The notes beneath the pieces are model-generated. The model saw only the letters and a program-made list of their open reading frames with translations. It did not search any database and was not told the DNA's origin. A stretch of DNA of 32,000 nucleotides from a bacterium. GTDB lineage: Bacteria > UBP7 > UBA6624. A program made the translations under genes and the position numbers. The DNA lies in assembly GCA_002716355.1 (NCBI GenBank), contig PBAU01000003.1, positions 330,001-362,000 of the forward strand, written 5' to 3'. Positions 8,298-16,633 of the stretch are shown here, piece by piece. Positions within the stretch are counted from its first letter, which is position 1. Each line of letters starts with the position of its first letter.

Positions 8298-8892
8298 CTG
8301 CGCCTCTTTCCTTTTCAGGTTTCATATATATAACAACACCAACCATAGCAACCAACAAAACAATACTTGCCAATTCAAAAATTAAAAGATACGGTTTCAT
8401 CAAGCCATCACCTATTGCCTCAACTGGAACAGTTCTGTTCAAAATTTGCGGCAATGTTTTAATTGTTGCTATTTCAGAATACCTCTCCCAATGATTAGCG
8501 GCTAGGTTACGGTTAGCATCAGGCCATTGAACTTTCCAAAACTGAGTACCTATCCATAAAGACAAACCCATTATTAACGAAAAAGCCCAAAAACTTTGCT
8601 TATTCCTGTTTACATACTCAACACCTCGCTCCTCACCTCTTGTAAGAAGAATTGAAAACAATATCAAAACAATGATTCCCCCAACATAGAGTAATATTTG
8701 AACTATACCCAGAAAATCAGCATTTAAAGTTATATAAAGAGCACCTGTCCCAACAAGACTTAACGCTAAGAAAACAGCATTGTAAACAATCTTCCTATGA
8801 AAAACTACACCAAGAGCCATCACCAAAGTGAACAGGCCAAAGAAAGAAAACCAAATCCAAGGCACATAAGGAGTTAAATCAAGATTATTCAT
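8290..8892 (-). CDS. nuoJ: complex I subunit J
   Basis: 200 aa and hydrophobic, with LLYVGGIIVLILF and a C-terminal TM after a loop. It lies between nuoI and nuoK with overlapping junctions. Confidence 0.85.
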   Translation of the reverse strand: MNNLDLTPYVPWIWFSFFGLFTLVMALGVVFHRKIVYNAVFLALSLVGTGALYITLNADFLGIVQILLYVGGIIVLILFSILLTRGEERGVEYVNRNKQSFWAFSLIMGLSLWIGTQFWKVQWPDANRNLAANHWERYSEIATIKTLPQILNRTVPVEAIGDGLMKPYLLIFELASIVLLVAMVGVVIYMKPEKERGADA

Positions 8893-9613
8893 CTAGTTCT
8901 GGTATCTCGTAATCCTTATCATCGATTTCTTCAACCTCTTCTTCAACCACATGCAATGCATCTTCATCCATTGGCTCGTAATCTAAATAAGAATCTTCCT
9001 CAAATATTTTTTTATTTTTAAAATAACCAAGACTGTCTGCAAAATCACTAGGTGAGCTTGAATCAAAAAGCTCAGGATAAACTGAAGATTCAAAAGCAAC
9101 TAAATCTTCCAAATTAAAAACCAAAGATTCATTGTCGTCATGACTGAAAGCGTCAGTTCTTTCGTATGTAGCTGTTTCAAAATCTCTAGACATTCTTATC
9201 GCATCACTTGGACATATATCTACACAAAAACCACAATTGTGGCAAGCAGCATAATTCAATGTGTAAACTCTTGGTCTTTTATCTCTGCCCTTTCCTTCAG
9301 GTAAGACTTCAATAAGATTGTCTGGACAGGCTTGGGCGCAGAGTTGACAGGCATCACAACGCATCCTGCCTTTTTCATCAATCATCTGAACAAATCTACC
9401 TTTCCACCTATGGCCCATCTCTCTATCTTCACCTGGGTATTCAAGAGTGTCGTTCTGTTCAAAATTTCTCAAAAATTTCTCAAAAACTAATCTCAAACCT
9501 GAGACTATACCTGTTGCACCTGATCTAACAACAAGAAAAGCAAAAACCAACAATACACAAAACATCAAACCAGTAATTACTGCTGAAATGTTACTAATAT
9601 TCTCTAATTGCAT
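8885..9613 (-). CDS. nuoI: complex I subunit I (2x[4Fe-4S] ferredoxin-type) with an extra N-terminal TM helix and an acidic C-terminal tail
   Basis: CDACQLCAQACP and CHNCGFCVDICP cluster motifs and TLEYPGE. The ATG directly abuts the nuoH stop (9613/9614). Confidence 0.9.
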   Translation of the reverse strand: MQLENISNISAVITGLMFCVLLVFAFLVVRSGATGIVSGLRLVFEKFLRNFEQNDTLEYPGEDREMGHRWKGRFVQMIDEKGRMRCDACQLCAQACPDNLIEVLPEGKGRDKRPRVYTLNYAACHNCGFCVDICPSDAIRMSRDFETATYERTDAFSHDDNESLVFNLEDLVAFESSVYPELFDSSSPSDFADSLGYFKNKKIFEEDSYLDYEPMDEDALHVVEEEVEEIDDKDYEIPELDE

Positions 9614-10978
9614 TTAAGCATCCCTCTCTTTAATTGGTTTTAGTAAATCTTTTGCAAAGAACCAAGCTAAACCGAACATAGCAATCAATATAAAAACTAT
9701 TGCAGCAATTGAGGTATAAGCACTGTTTTCCAAATGAACAGGCCATAACTGAGGTGTTAACCTAACTGTATTTGCAAAAACAAAAATTCCCGTAAGTAAA
9801 AAATTAGCCATTGCAATTGGTATTAATCGCTTCCAACACAACATCATCAATTGATCTACCCTCAAACGCGGTAAAGTTCCACGTAACCAAACAATTATGA
9901 AAAATATCAAAAACACTTTTAAACAAAACCAGACAACCGAAGAAAGCGTAATCCCCAAGAATGGAAGTTCAGGGCCGGCATAACCACCTAGATACATAGC
10001 TGTAATAATACTTGCTCCAATGAAAATATTTACATATTCAGCTAAAAAGAAAAAAGCCCATCTTAAACCAGTATACTCAGTATGAAAACCACTAACCAGC
10101 TCTGATTCTGCCTCAGCTAAATCAAAAGGAGTTCTATTTGTTTCTGCTACAGCGCTTAAGAAGAATATTAAAAATCCCAAAAACTGAGGAACTATAAACC
10201 AAATCGGAAAACCTAGACCTCCATAAGCAGTAGCTCCTTCTATTTGAGCATTAATAATATCTCCAATTTTCAAGCTACCAGAAAGTAAAACTATAGACAT
10301 GATACAGAAAGCCATAGGTATTTCATAACTAACCAACTGGGCTACAGCACGAAAACCAGCAATCGCTGAATATTTATTATTTGAACCCCAAGCAGCTAAA
10401 AATATACCCAATTCCCCAAAAGCACCTAAAGCGAAAAAATATAAAATTCCAACATTTAAATCAACAGGTATCAAACCTTTACCAAAAGGTATCAGAACAG
10501 CACCCATTAATGCAGGTATAAAACATATGACTGGTGCTAAATAATGAAAATTACGATCAGCGCCCAATGGAACAATACATTCTTTTTGCAATAATTTAAG
10601 CCCATCTGCTATTGGCTGAAGTATACCTCTTGGACCTACTCTAGTCGGACCTAGTCTGTCCTGCATAAAAGCTAATATTTTTCTTTCCATTAATGTCGAA
10701 TATGCTCCAATCAAAAGTAATACGACTAAAATCCCCAAAAGCTTAAGGGTGATGATGATAGTGTTGTACAAACCCATCGGAAGCTCACCAGGTCCACCAA
10801 ATTTATCCCTTAAATTTAGAAAAAAGTTTCGTATTGAATCAAAAGCAGGCTCCAGACTCCAATAACCAGTTAAAGCCCAAATCTTCCAGGTTGCAAAAAG
10901 CACAAATGCAAGAATACCTAAAATCAAAGATATCTTTCCAACAGGCACCCTTCTAACTCGCCACTCTAAAAGCTTCAT
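9614..10978 (-). CDS. nuoH: complex I subunit H with N- and C-terminal extensions
   Basis: MERKILAFMQDRLGPTRVGP.GILQPIADGLKLL, PFDLAEAESELVSGFHTEYTG and RGTLPRLRVDQLM. 454 aa, against about 325-350 aa for canonical NuoH. Confidence 0.92.
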   Translation of the reverse strand: MKLLEWRVRRVPVGKISLILGILAFVLFATWKIWALTGYWSLEPAFDSIRNFFLNLRDKFGGPGELPMGLYNTIIITLKLLGILVVLLLIGAYSTLMERKILAFMQDRLGPTRVGPRGILQPIADGLKLLQKECIVPLGADRNFHYLAPVICFIPALMGAVLIPFGKGLIPVDLNVGILYFFALGAFGELGIFLAAWGSNNKYSAIAGFRAVAQLVSYEIPMAFCIMSIVLLSGSLKIGDIINAQIEGATAYGGLGFPIWFIVPQFLGFLIFFLSAVAETNRTPFDLAEAESELVSGFHTEYTGLRWAFFFLAEYVNIFIGASIITAMYLGGYAGPELPFLGITLSSVVWFCLKVFLIFFIIVWLRGTLPRLRVDQLMMLCWKRLIPIAMANFLLTGIFVFANTVRLTPQLWPVHLENSAYTSIAAIVFILIAMFGLAWFFAKDLLKPIKERDA

Positions 10979-12123
10979 CTGTCAACCTCTCCAAAAACAG
11001 GATCAAAAGATCCTAGGATGGCAATAACATCACCAATTCCCGTGCCATACAAAAGCTCTTTAAGGACAGAAAGATTGCAGAAGGAAGGGGCTCTGTATCT
11101 GACCCTATAAGGGAATCTGCTACCATCTGAAACTATATAAACACCCAAATCTCCTCTAGGGGTGTCAGTAACAGAATATATCTCTCCTGGAGGGGGCTTA
11201 AAGAAAAATGGCATCTTTTTAATATGTGGACCGTCAGGCATGCCATCTAAACACTGCTCTATAATCTTCAAAGATTCACCCATTTCTTTATATCTACAGT
11301 ACCATCTTGAATATGTATCTCCCTTATCGTGTGTAATAACATCAAAATCAAATTCATCATAAGCAGCAAAAGGCCTGTCTTTTCTCAAATCTCTTTTCAC
11401 TCCTGATGCCCTTAGTATCGGACCCGTAACACCATGCTTAATTAACAATTCAGGAGTGGATTTTCCAACACCAATAATCCTTGTACGGAATATCTCATTG
11501 CCCTCCACAAGATTCCACATCTCCTCATAAGCAGGCCTGAAGCCTGTAATAAATTTTCTGAATTCCCTTTCTATAGGGATTGTTATATCTAAACGAACAC
11601 CACCATATCTTATGTAATTAAAAGTAATCCTTTGTCCAGAAAGAAGCTCCAATAAATATTGTGCTATTTCTCTTTGCCTAAAGGCAAAAAAGAAAGGAGT
11701 TAAAGCTCCAAGATCCAAACCTAATGTTCCATAAAACAACAAATGGCTAGCAAGTCGATTTGTCTCTAAAGCTAAAACCCTTAACCATTGCGCCCTTCTT
11801 GGGACTTCTAACTCCATCAATTCCTCAACAGGTAAAGTTAAAGCCATATTGTTTGACATTGCACCAAGGTAATCCATTCTGTCGGTCAATGGCAAAGCAC
11901 CCATCCATTCTCTATTTTCTGATATCTTCTCGACACCTCTATGTAGGTAACCAATTATTGGAACAACATTCTTAACAATTTCACCTTCAGTTTCAAGCAA
12001 AATTCTAAAAACACCATGCGTTGAGGGATGCTGTGGACCCATATTAAGCCAAAATCTATCTTCAGATTCTTTTTCAAGCAATGTGCCTGTTTGAGTGGTT
12101 AGAAAGTCTGTTGGATCGCTCAT
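10975..12123 (-). CDS. nuoD: complex I subunit D
   Basis: NMGPQHPSTHGVFR, GYLHRGVEK and C-terminal DPVFGEVDR. 382 aa. The stop overlaps the nuoH ATG. Confidence 0.93.
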   Translation of the reverse strand: MSDPTDFLTTQTGTLLEKESEDRFWLNMGPQHPSTHGVFRILLETEGEIVKNVVPIIGYLHRGVEKISENREWMGALPLTDRMDYLGAMSNNMALTLPVEELMELEVPRRAQWLRVLALETNRLASHLLFYGTLGLDLGALTPFFFAFRQREIAQYLLELLSGQRITFNYIRYGGVRLDITIPIEREFRKFITGFRPAYEEMWNLVEGNEIFRTRIIGVGKSTPELLIKHGVTGPILRASGVKRDLRKDRPFAAYDEFDFDVITHDKGDTYSRWYCRYKEMGESLKIIEQCLDGMPDGPHIKKMPFFFKPPPGEIYSVTDTPRGDLGVYIVSDGSRFPYRVRYRAPSFCNLSVLKELLYGTGIGDVIAILGSFDPVFGEVDR

Positions 12124-12692
12124 TAGCTTTCTATTACCTTTAATTTATCATCTGAATCTGGATCAATAATTGAAGAGTTCAAAAGATTTCTGTCTGGAAG
12201 GTTCTGTAAGTCTTCTGCTTCCTCATAGGCCCAAATCGGCTTTATATCTTTAAAGCCACCTAACGGATACTCTTTCTTTAAAGGGTGCCCTTCCCAATCG
12301 TCAGGAAGCAATATCCTTCTCAAGTCAGGATGATCAGTAAACTTTAACCCAAACATATCAAAAGCTTCTCTCTCATGCCAATCAGCAGCAACGAAAACAG
12401 AAGTAGCCGAAGGAGCAACCAAAGATTCAAAAGGTATCAATGACTTCAATGTTATCCAATAAGAATTATCTACACTATGAAGTTGGTAAACAATCTCCAA
12501 ACCCTTTGATTTTTGATTACAAGTCAAATCATGTAGCATATTAAATTTTAGATCCTTATCATTCTTAAGAAAAGACAAGCATTCCAAAATTTTTGATCTA
12601 TCTAAAACAAATATAAGCTGACCTCTTATTTCAGCATAATGATCAAAAAAAGGTTTCAACTTTTTAAGGAAAAGCGTTTTGTTATGCAACAC
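12123..12692 (-). CDS. nuoC: complex I subunit C
   Basis: [40 protein letters not shown] separate gene, not fused to nuoD (TAATG junction at 12121-12125). Confidence 0.9.
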   Translation of the reverse strand: MLHNKTLFLKKLKPFFDHYAEIRGQLIFVLDRSKILECLSFLKNDKDLKFNMLHDLTCNQKSKGLEIVYQLHSVDNSYWITLKSLIPFESLVAPSATSVFVAADWHEREAFDMFGLKFTDHPDLRRILLPDDWEGHPLKKEYPLGGFKDIKPIWAYEEAEDLQNLPDRNLLNSSIIDPDSDDKLKVIES

Positions 12693-13152
12693 GATCGGAA
12701 ATTATTTTCTCCTTTTCAATTTTTTCTTGTAGTCTTGTTATGGCGTAAATTAAAGCTTCTGGCCTAGGGGGGCACCCAGGAACATAAACATCAACAGGTA
12801 CAACCTGGTCAACTCCATTCACAACAGAGTAAGCATCTTTGTAAATGCCTCCAGAATTAGCACAAGAACCCATTGATATAACATATTTTGGCTCAGGCAT
12901 CTGGTCATAAAGTCTTTTGAGCAATGGGGCCATCTTGTAAGTCACAGTCCCAGAAACAATCATTACATCAGACTGTCTAGGGCTTGCTCTAAATACAACG
13001 CCAAGTCTATCAACATCATATTTTGTATCTCCAATTGACATCATCTCTATAGCGCAACAAGCTAAGCCAAAAGTCATAGGCCATAAGCTATTTTTTCTAC
13101 ACCAACCGAGTAAATCATCTAATTTTGCTAACATGTAAGGTTCTTGACTCAT
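12682..13152 (-). CDS. nuoB: complex I subunit B (N2 cluster subunit)
   Basis: [19 protein letters not shown] and PGCPPRPE. Confidence 0.93.
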   Translation of the reverse strand: MSQEPYMLAKLDDLLGWCRKNSLWPMTFGLACCAIEMMSIGDTKYDVDRLGVVFRASPRQSDVMIVSGTVTYKMAPLLKRLYDQMPEPKYVISMGSCANSGGIYKDAYSVVNGVDQVVPVDVYVPGCPPRPEALIYAITRLQEKIEKEKIISDRVA

Positions 13153-13164
13153 AAATTCAAACTC

Positions 13165-13557
13165 CTAATTCCTGTCCCATTCCAAACCACCTTTTCTCCA
13201 AACATAAACAAAAGCCAATATCAAAATAAAGAAAAAAGTAATCATCTCAAAAAATGCTGGCCAACCGGTTGTGAAAAGAAGATTCCTAAAACTCACAGCC
13301 CATGGCAGGAAAAAAACCAATTCAATTTCAAACAAAAGAAAGATAACAGCAATAACAGCAAATCGAAAATTAAAAGGTATATCAGCATCTGCATGGGGAT
13401 CATTACCACATTCATAGGTACTTAATTTTGAAGGAGATGGAAATCTCCCTCCAGTGATCTGATTCATAAAAAGAGAAATTACACCAAAGCCTATAGCCCC
13501 AAAGAAAAACAGTAAAACTGTTGAAAATTGGGTGGTTGCCTGAAAATCATCAACCAT
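13165..13557 (-). CDS. nuoA: complex I subunit A
   Basis: 130 aa with three hydrophobic segments and YECGNDP. It is the first gene of the nuo run. Confidence 0.88.
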   Translation of the reverse strand: MVDDFQATTQFSTVLLFFFGAIGFGVISLFMNQITGGRFPSPSKLSTYECGNDPHADADIPFNFRFAVIAVIFLLFEIELVFFLPWAVSFRNLLFTTGWPAFFEMITFFFILILAFVYVWRKGGLEWDRN

Positions 13558-13607
13558 AACTTCAATAATATAAAATGCAGCTTTTCATAATGGACGTTTG
13601 ATAAATT

Positions 13608-15440
13608 CTAATCATTTTTTTTAATTCTTTCAACACCTAAACCTTTCATTAGTTTTTCAAAATCTTCTCTATCTATTGACTCTTTTTCTAATAGGATATT
13701 AGCCAAGCCATCCAAGGCATCTTTATGTTCCTTCAATAATTTTTCAGCATTATTTTGTGAAATTGTGATAAATGACAAAACCTGTCGATCCATCTCTTCC
13801 TCCATGGCATCTGAATGATTTGCCTGCATAGACAACCCTCTTCCTAAAAATGGAGCTTGATCGTACTCGTAATCTACCGGTCCTATCTTTTCACTCATTC
13901 CCCAGTTTCTCACCATCGATCTCGCAATACTTGTAACTCTTTTTATATCCGAACTTGCACCATTTGTAATTTCATTAAATGTAATCTTCTCAGCTGCACG
14001 TCCAGCAAGACAGATTGTCATTTCATCCATAAGTTCTTTTTTTGTTTTAAGAGCTTTATCTTTTTCATCTTCTGAGTCAGTATTCCACACGTAACCAAGA
14101 GCTTCAGCTCTTGGAATTATGGTAATCTTATGAACTGTTGATCCAAGAATGTAAGAAACAATGGCGTGACCTGACTCATGCCAAGCAACAGTTTCTTTTT
14201 CTTTTTGAGAGATCATCAAAGATTTTCTTTGTGGACCCATTGCAACTCTTTCAACAGCTTCAGCAAGATGTTCTTGCTTAATTTTTTTTGCCTTTACCCT
14301 AGCAGCAAGTAACGCAGATTCATTAAGTAAATTTTCCAAATCAGCACCTGAAAAACCAGGTGTTCTTTGAGCTATATGCTTTAAACTTATACCTTTTTCG
14401 AAAGGCTTTCCTGAGGAATGAACTTTTAATATATCCTCTCTTGAGCCAACTGTGGGGAGATTCACTTTAATTTTTCTATCAAATCTACCTGACCTTATTA
14501 AAGCTGGATCAAGTATGTCAGGCCTATTTGTAGCTGCGATAACAACAATATTATCGTGAGATTCAAAACCGTCCATTTCTATCAAGATTTGATTCAAAGT
14601 CTGCTCTCTTTCATCATGTCCGCCACCCATTCCTGCTCCACGCTGCCTTCCAACAGCATCTATTTCATCCAAGAATATAAGTGCACTTCCAGCTGCTTTT
14701 GCTTTCTCGAATAAACTTCTCACTCTTGAAGCTCCTACACCAACAAACAACTCCACAAATTCACTTCCACTAGAAAGGAAAAAGGGGACTTTTGCCTCTC
14801 CGGCAACAGCTTTTGCAAGCAATGTTTTACCGCAACCAGGTGGACCTGTTAGCAAAACTCCTTTAGTTGGTTTTGCTCCTAATTTTTTAAATGGTGCTGG
14901 ATTCTTTAGAAAAGAAACAATTTCTTTCAATTCATTTTTTGGCTCATCAAGCCCAGCTACGTCTTTAAACTTTGTTTTTGTTTTCTCTCCTGTGATTGAC
15001 TTCGCCTTTGATTGCCCAAAAGATGTTGGATCTCCACCTCCACCCATTTTCCTCAAAAGAAGCACAAAGATCAGAACAGTGATGCCTATAGAAAGTGCAA
15101 ACCATACAAAAGGATTTATGTTTTCTCCCCAACCTGGAGGTTTAACCTGAACATTTGAGACTTTTGAGTTGATATTTTCAAGCAACGAATCACTTAGTAT
15201 GACTCTGGAAATGTAATTCTGATCTTCTTCAAAAACTTTATAACTAACGGAGCTTGATCCAGTATCAATTTGAACCTCTTCGATAAATCCACCTTCCAAG
15301 GAAGAAACAAACTCACTCTGCGTTGTTTCTTTTGACTGATCTGTCAAACTAAAAAACAAAAGAGTAGTCAAGAATAAAAAAAACAATATAAATAAAGACC
15401 TGGGAGAAGGCTGATGAACACTACGTTTATTTTTTTTCAT
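13608..15440 (-). CDS. ftsH: ATP-dependent zinc metalloprotease FtsH
   Basis: Two N-terminal TM segments, GPPGCGKTLLAKAVAGEA (Walker A), IFLDEIDA (Walker B), ATNRPDILDPALIRSGRFDR (second region of homology) and HESGHA (zinc site). Confidence 0.95.
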   Translation of the reverse strand: MKKNKRSVHQPSPRSLFILFFLFLTTLLFFSLTDQSKETTQSEFVSSLEGGFIEEVQIDTGSSSVSYKVFEEDQNYISRVILSDSLLENINSKVSNVQVKPPGWGENINPFVWFALSIGITVLIFVLLLRKMGGGGDPTSFGQSKAKSITGEKTKTKFKDVAGLDEPKNELKEIVSFLKNPAPFKKLGAKPTKGVLLTGPPGCGKTLLAKAVAGEAKVPFFLSSGSEFVELFVGVGASRVRSLFEKAKAAGSALIFLDEIDAVGRQRGAGMGGGHDEREQTLNQILIEMDGFESHDNIVVIAATNRPDILDPALIRSGRFDRKIKVNLPTVGSREDILKVHSSGKPFEKGISLKHIAQRTPGFSGADLENLLNESALLAARVKAKKIKQEHLAEAVERVAMGPQRKSLMISQKEKETVAWHESGHAIVSYILGSTVHKITIIPRAEALGYVWNTDSEDEKDKALKTKKELMDEMTICLAGRAAEKITFNEITNGASSDIKRVTSIARSMVRNWGMSEKIGPVDYEYDQAPFLGRGLSMQANHSDAMEEEMDRQVLSFITISQNNAEKLLKEHKDALDGLANILLEKESIDREDFEKLMKGLGVERIKKND

Positions 15441-15465
15441 ATATCAATTGAAAAATATATTCTAA

Positions 15466-16407
15466 TCAATCACCAATATAAAAAATATTATTTTTAGCTA
15501 TTTGAACCTTGAACCACGGTGGCCCCTGTATCATTACAGTATCTTTTGACTGGCCTTCTTTTATTATTCTTTCAAGTGCTCCACGAGGGGCTGTAACGCC
15601 AATTGAATACAACCAATTTTTTATAACCCTTAATGCAACCGCGGGTGGCAGTTTCAAAACCTCACGATTAAGACCTTTGTCGTTTAAATAAATTCGAAGT
15701 AGATCATTTGAAACCATGTTCAAAGATTGATTTTCTTCCGATAAGATTTCCAAACTTGTTAATGGCCCTTTAGGCCAATACCTCCCCCAAGCCTTCTTAA
15801 GCTCTGGAATCACGCTCTTTCTCAAAGACGCCCTGATTAAATCATTCTGATTAGATGGATCCTCATACCAATCAATATTATTTTCTGAAAGATATTTTAA
15901 AATTTGAGATTTCCTAATCCCTAATAACGGCCTAATGAAAAAATCCCTTCGTACTGGGATTCCCTTTAATCCTTCAAGGCCCATACCTCTCCCTAACCTT
16001 ATAAGTAAAGTTTCTAAATTGTCATCCAGATTATGTCCAGTAGCAACCTTGTCGAATTCATTTTTTTCAACAATTTTCTGAATTGCATCATATCTATCTC
16101 TTCTCCATGTATCTTCTGGCCCATTACCTTTAAAGCTATTTTTCGAAGAGATGATATGCAAATTTATATTATGCTTTGATGAAAAAACCTCAACATGAGA
16201 TTGCTCTTTTTCTGAATCAGGTCTTGAATGATGGTTAAAGTAAAAAGCCTCAACATGAAAACCAGTGTGATTTGAAAGTTTTTTTAAAATTGAAAGCAAT
16301 GCAGTTGAATCAGGTCCGCCTGACCAAGCAACCAACACTTTCTCATCAGGACCTATTAATTTTTTTTCATTAATAAAAACACTAATTTTTTTTAAAAGAT
16401 GATTCAT
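15466..16407 (-). CDS. tilS: tRNA(Ile)-lysidine synthetase, short form (313 aa)
   Basis: PP-loop VAWSGGPDS near the N-terminus, TGHNLDDNLETLL, and the conserved tilS-ftsH neighbourhood. Confidence 0.85.
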   Translation of the reverse strand: MNHLLKKISVFINEKKLIGPDEKVLVAWSGGPDSTALLSILKKLSNHTGFHVEAFYFNHHSRPDSEKEQSHVEVFSSKHNINLHIISSKNSFKGNGPEDTWRRDRYDAIQKIVEKNEFDKVATGHNLDDNLETLLIRLGRGMGLEGLKGIPVRRDFFIRPLLGIRKSQILKYLSENNIDWYEDPSNQNDLIRASLRKSVIPELKKAWGRYWPKGPLTSLEILSEENQSLNMVSNDLLRIYLNDKGLNREVLKLPPAVALRVIKNWLYSIGVTAPRGALERIIKEGQSKDTVMIQGPPWFKVQIAKNNIFYIGD

Positions 16408-16422
16408 AAAAATTTAAGCAAA

Positions 16423-16496
16423 TAGCAGCGCTCGGATTTGAACCGAGGACCTTCCGGGTATGAGCCGGACGCTCTAACCAGCTGAGCTACGCTGCC
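16423..16496 (-). tRNA. tRNA with CAT anticodon: elongator tRNA-Met or tRNA-Ile2 (lysidine substrate)
   Basis: Reverse complement GGCAGCG TA GCTC AGCTGGTTA GAGC G TCCGG CTCATAC CCGGA AGGTC CTCGG TTCAAAT CCGAG CGCTGCT A folds as a 74-nt cloverleaf with a G1-U72 wobble. No CCA is encoded. Confidence 0.88.
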
Positions 16497-16501
16497 GGAA
16501 T

Positions 16502-16576
16502 TGGGTGCGGGGGCAGGATTCGAACCTGCGACCTTCGGGTTATGAGCCCGACAAGCTACCACTGCTCCACCCCGCG
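16502..16576 (-). tRNA. initiator tRNA-fMet (CAT)
   Basis: Reverse complement CGCGGGG TG GAGC AGTGGTA GCTT G TCGGG CTCATAA CCCGA AGGTC GCAGG TTCGAAT CCTGC CCCCGCA C CCA. It has the C1xA72 mismatch and three G-C pairs closing the anticodon stem, and is near-identical to the E. coli initiator in both stems. Confidence 0.92.
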
Positions 16577-16633
16577 TCAGAATAGCCCAATTCTATCTCA
16601 ATAAACATACTTCCACCTATAAAATTATTAGGA

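Noticed and set aside
9455-9490. A near-tandem ~11-nt repeat (aaatttctcaaaa twice) inside nuoI
   Set aside because: There are only two imperfect copies, lying within coding sequence (FEKFLRNFEQN). There is no sign of slippage-prone repeat expansion or of a regulatory role.
16502-16504. A genomically encoded CCA end on tRNA-fMet
   Set aside because: It may be coincidental, because the neighbouring CAT tRNA and tRNA-Leu do not encode CCA. I include it in the coordinates but do not treat it as meaningful.
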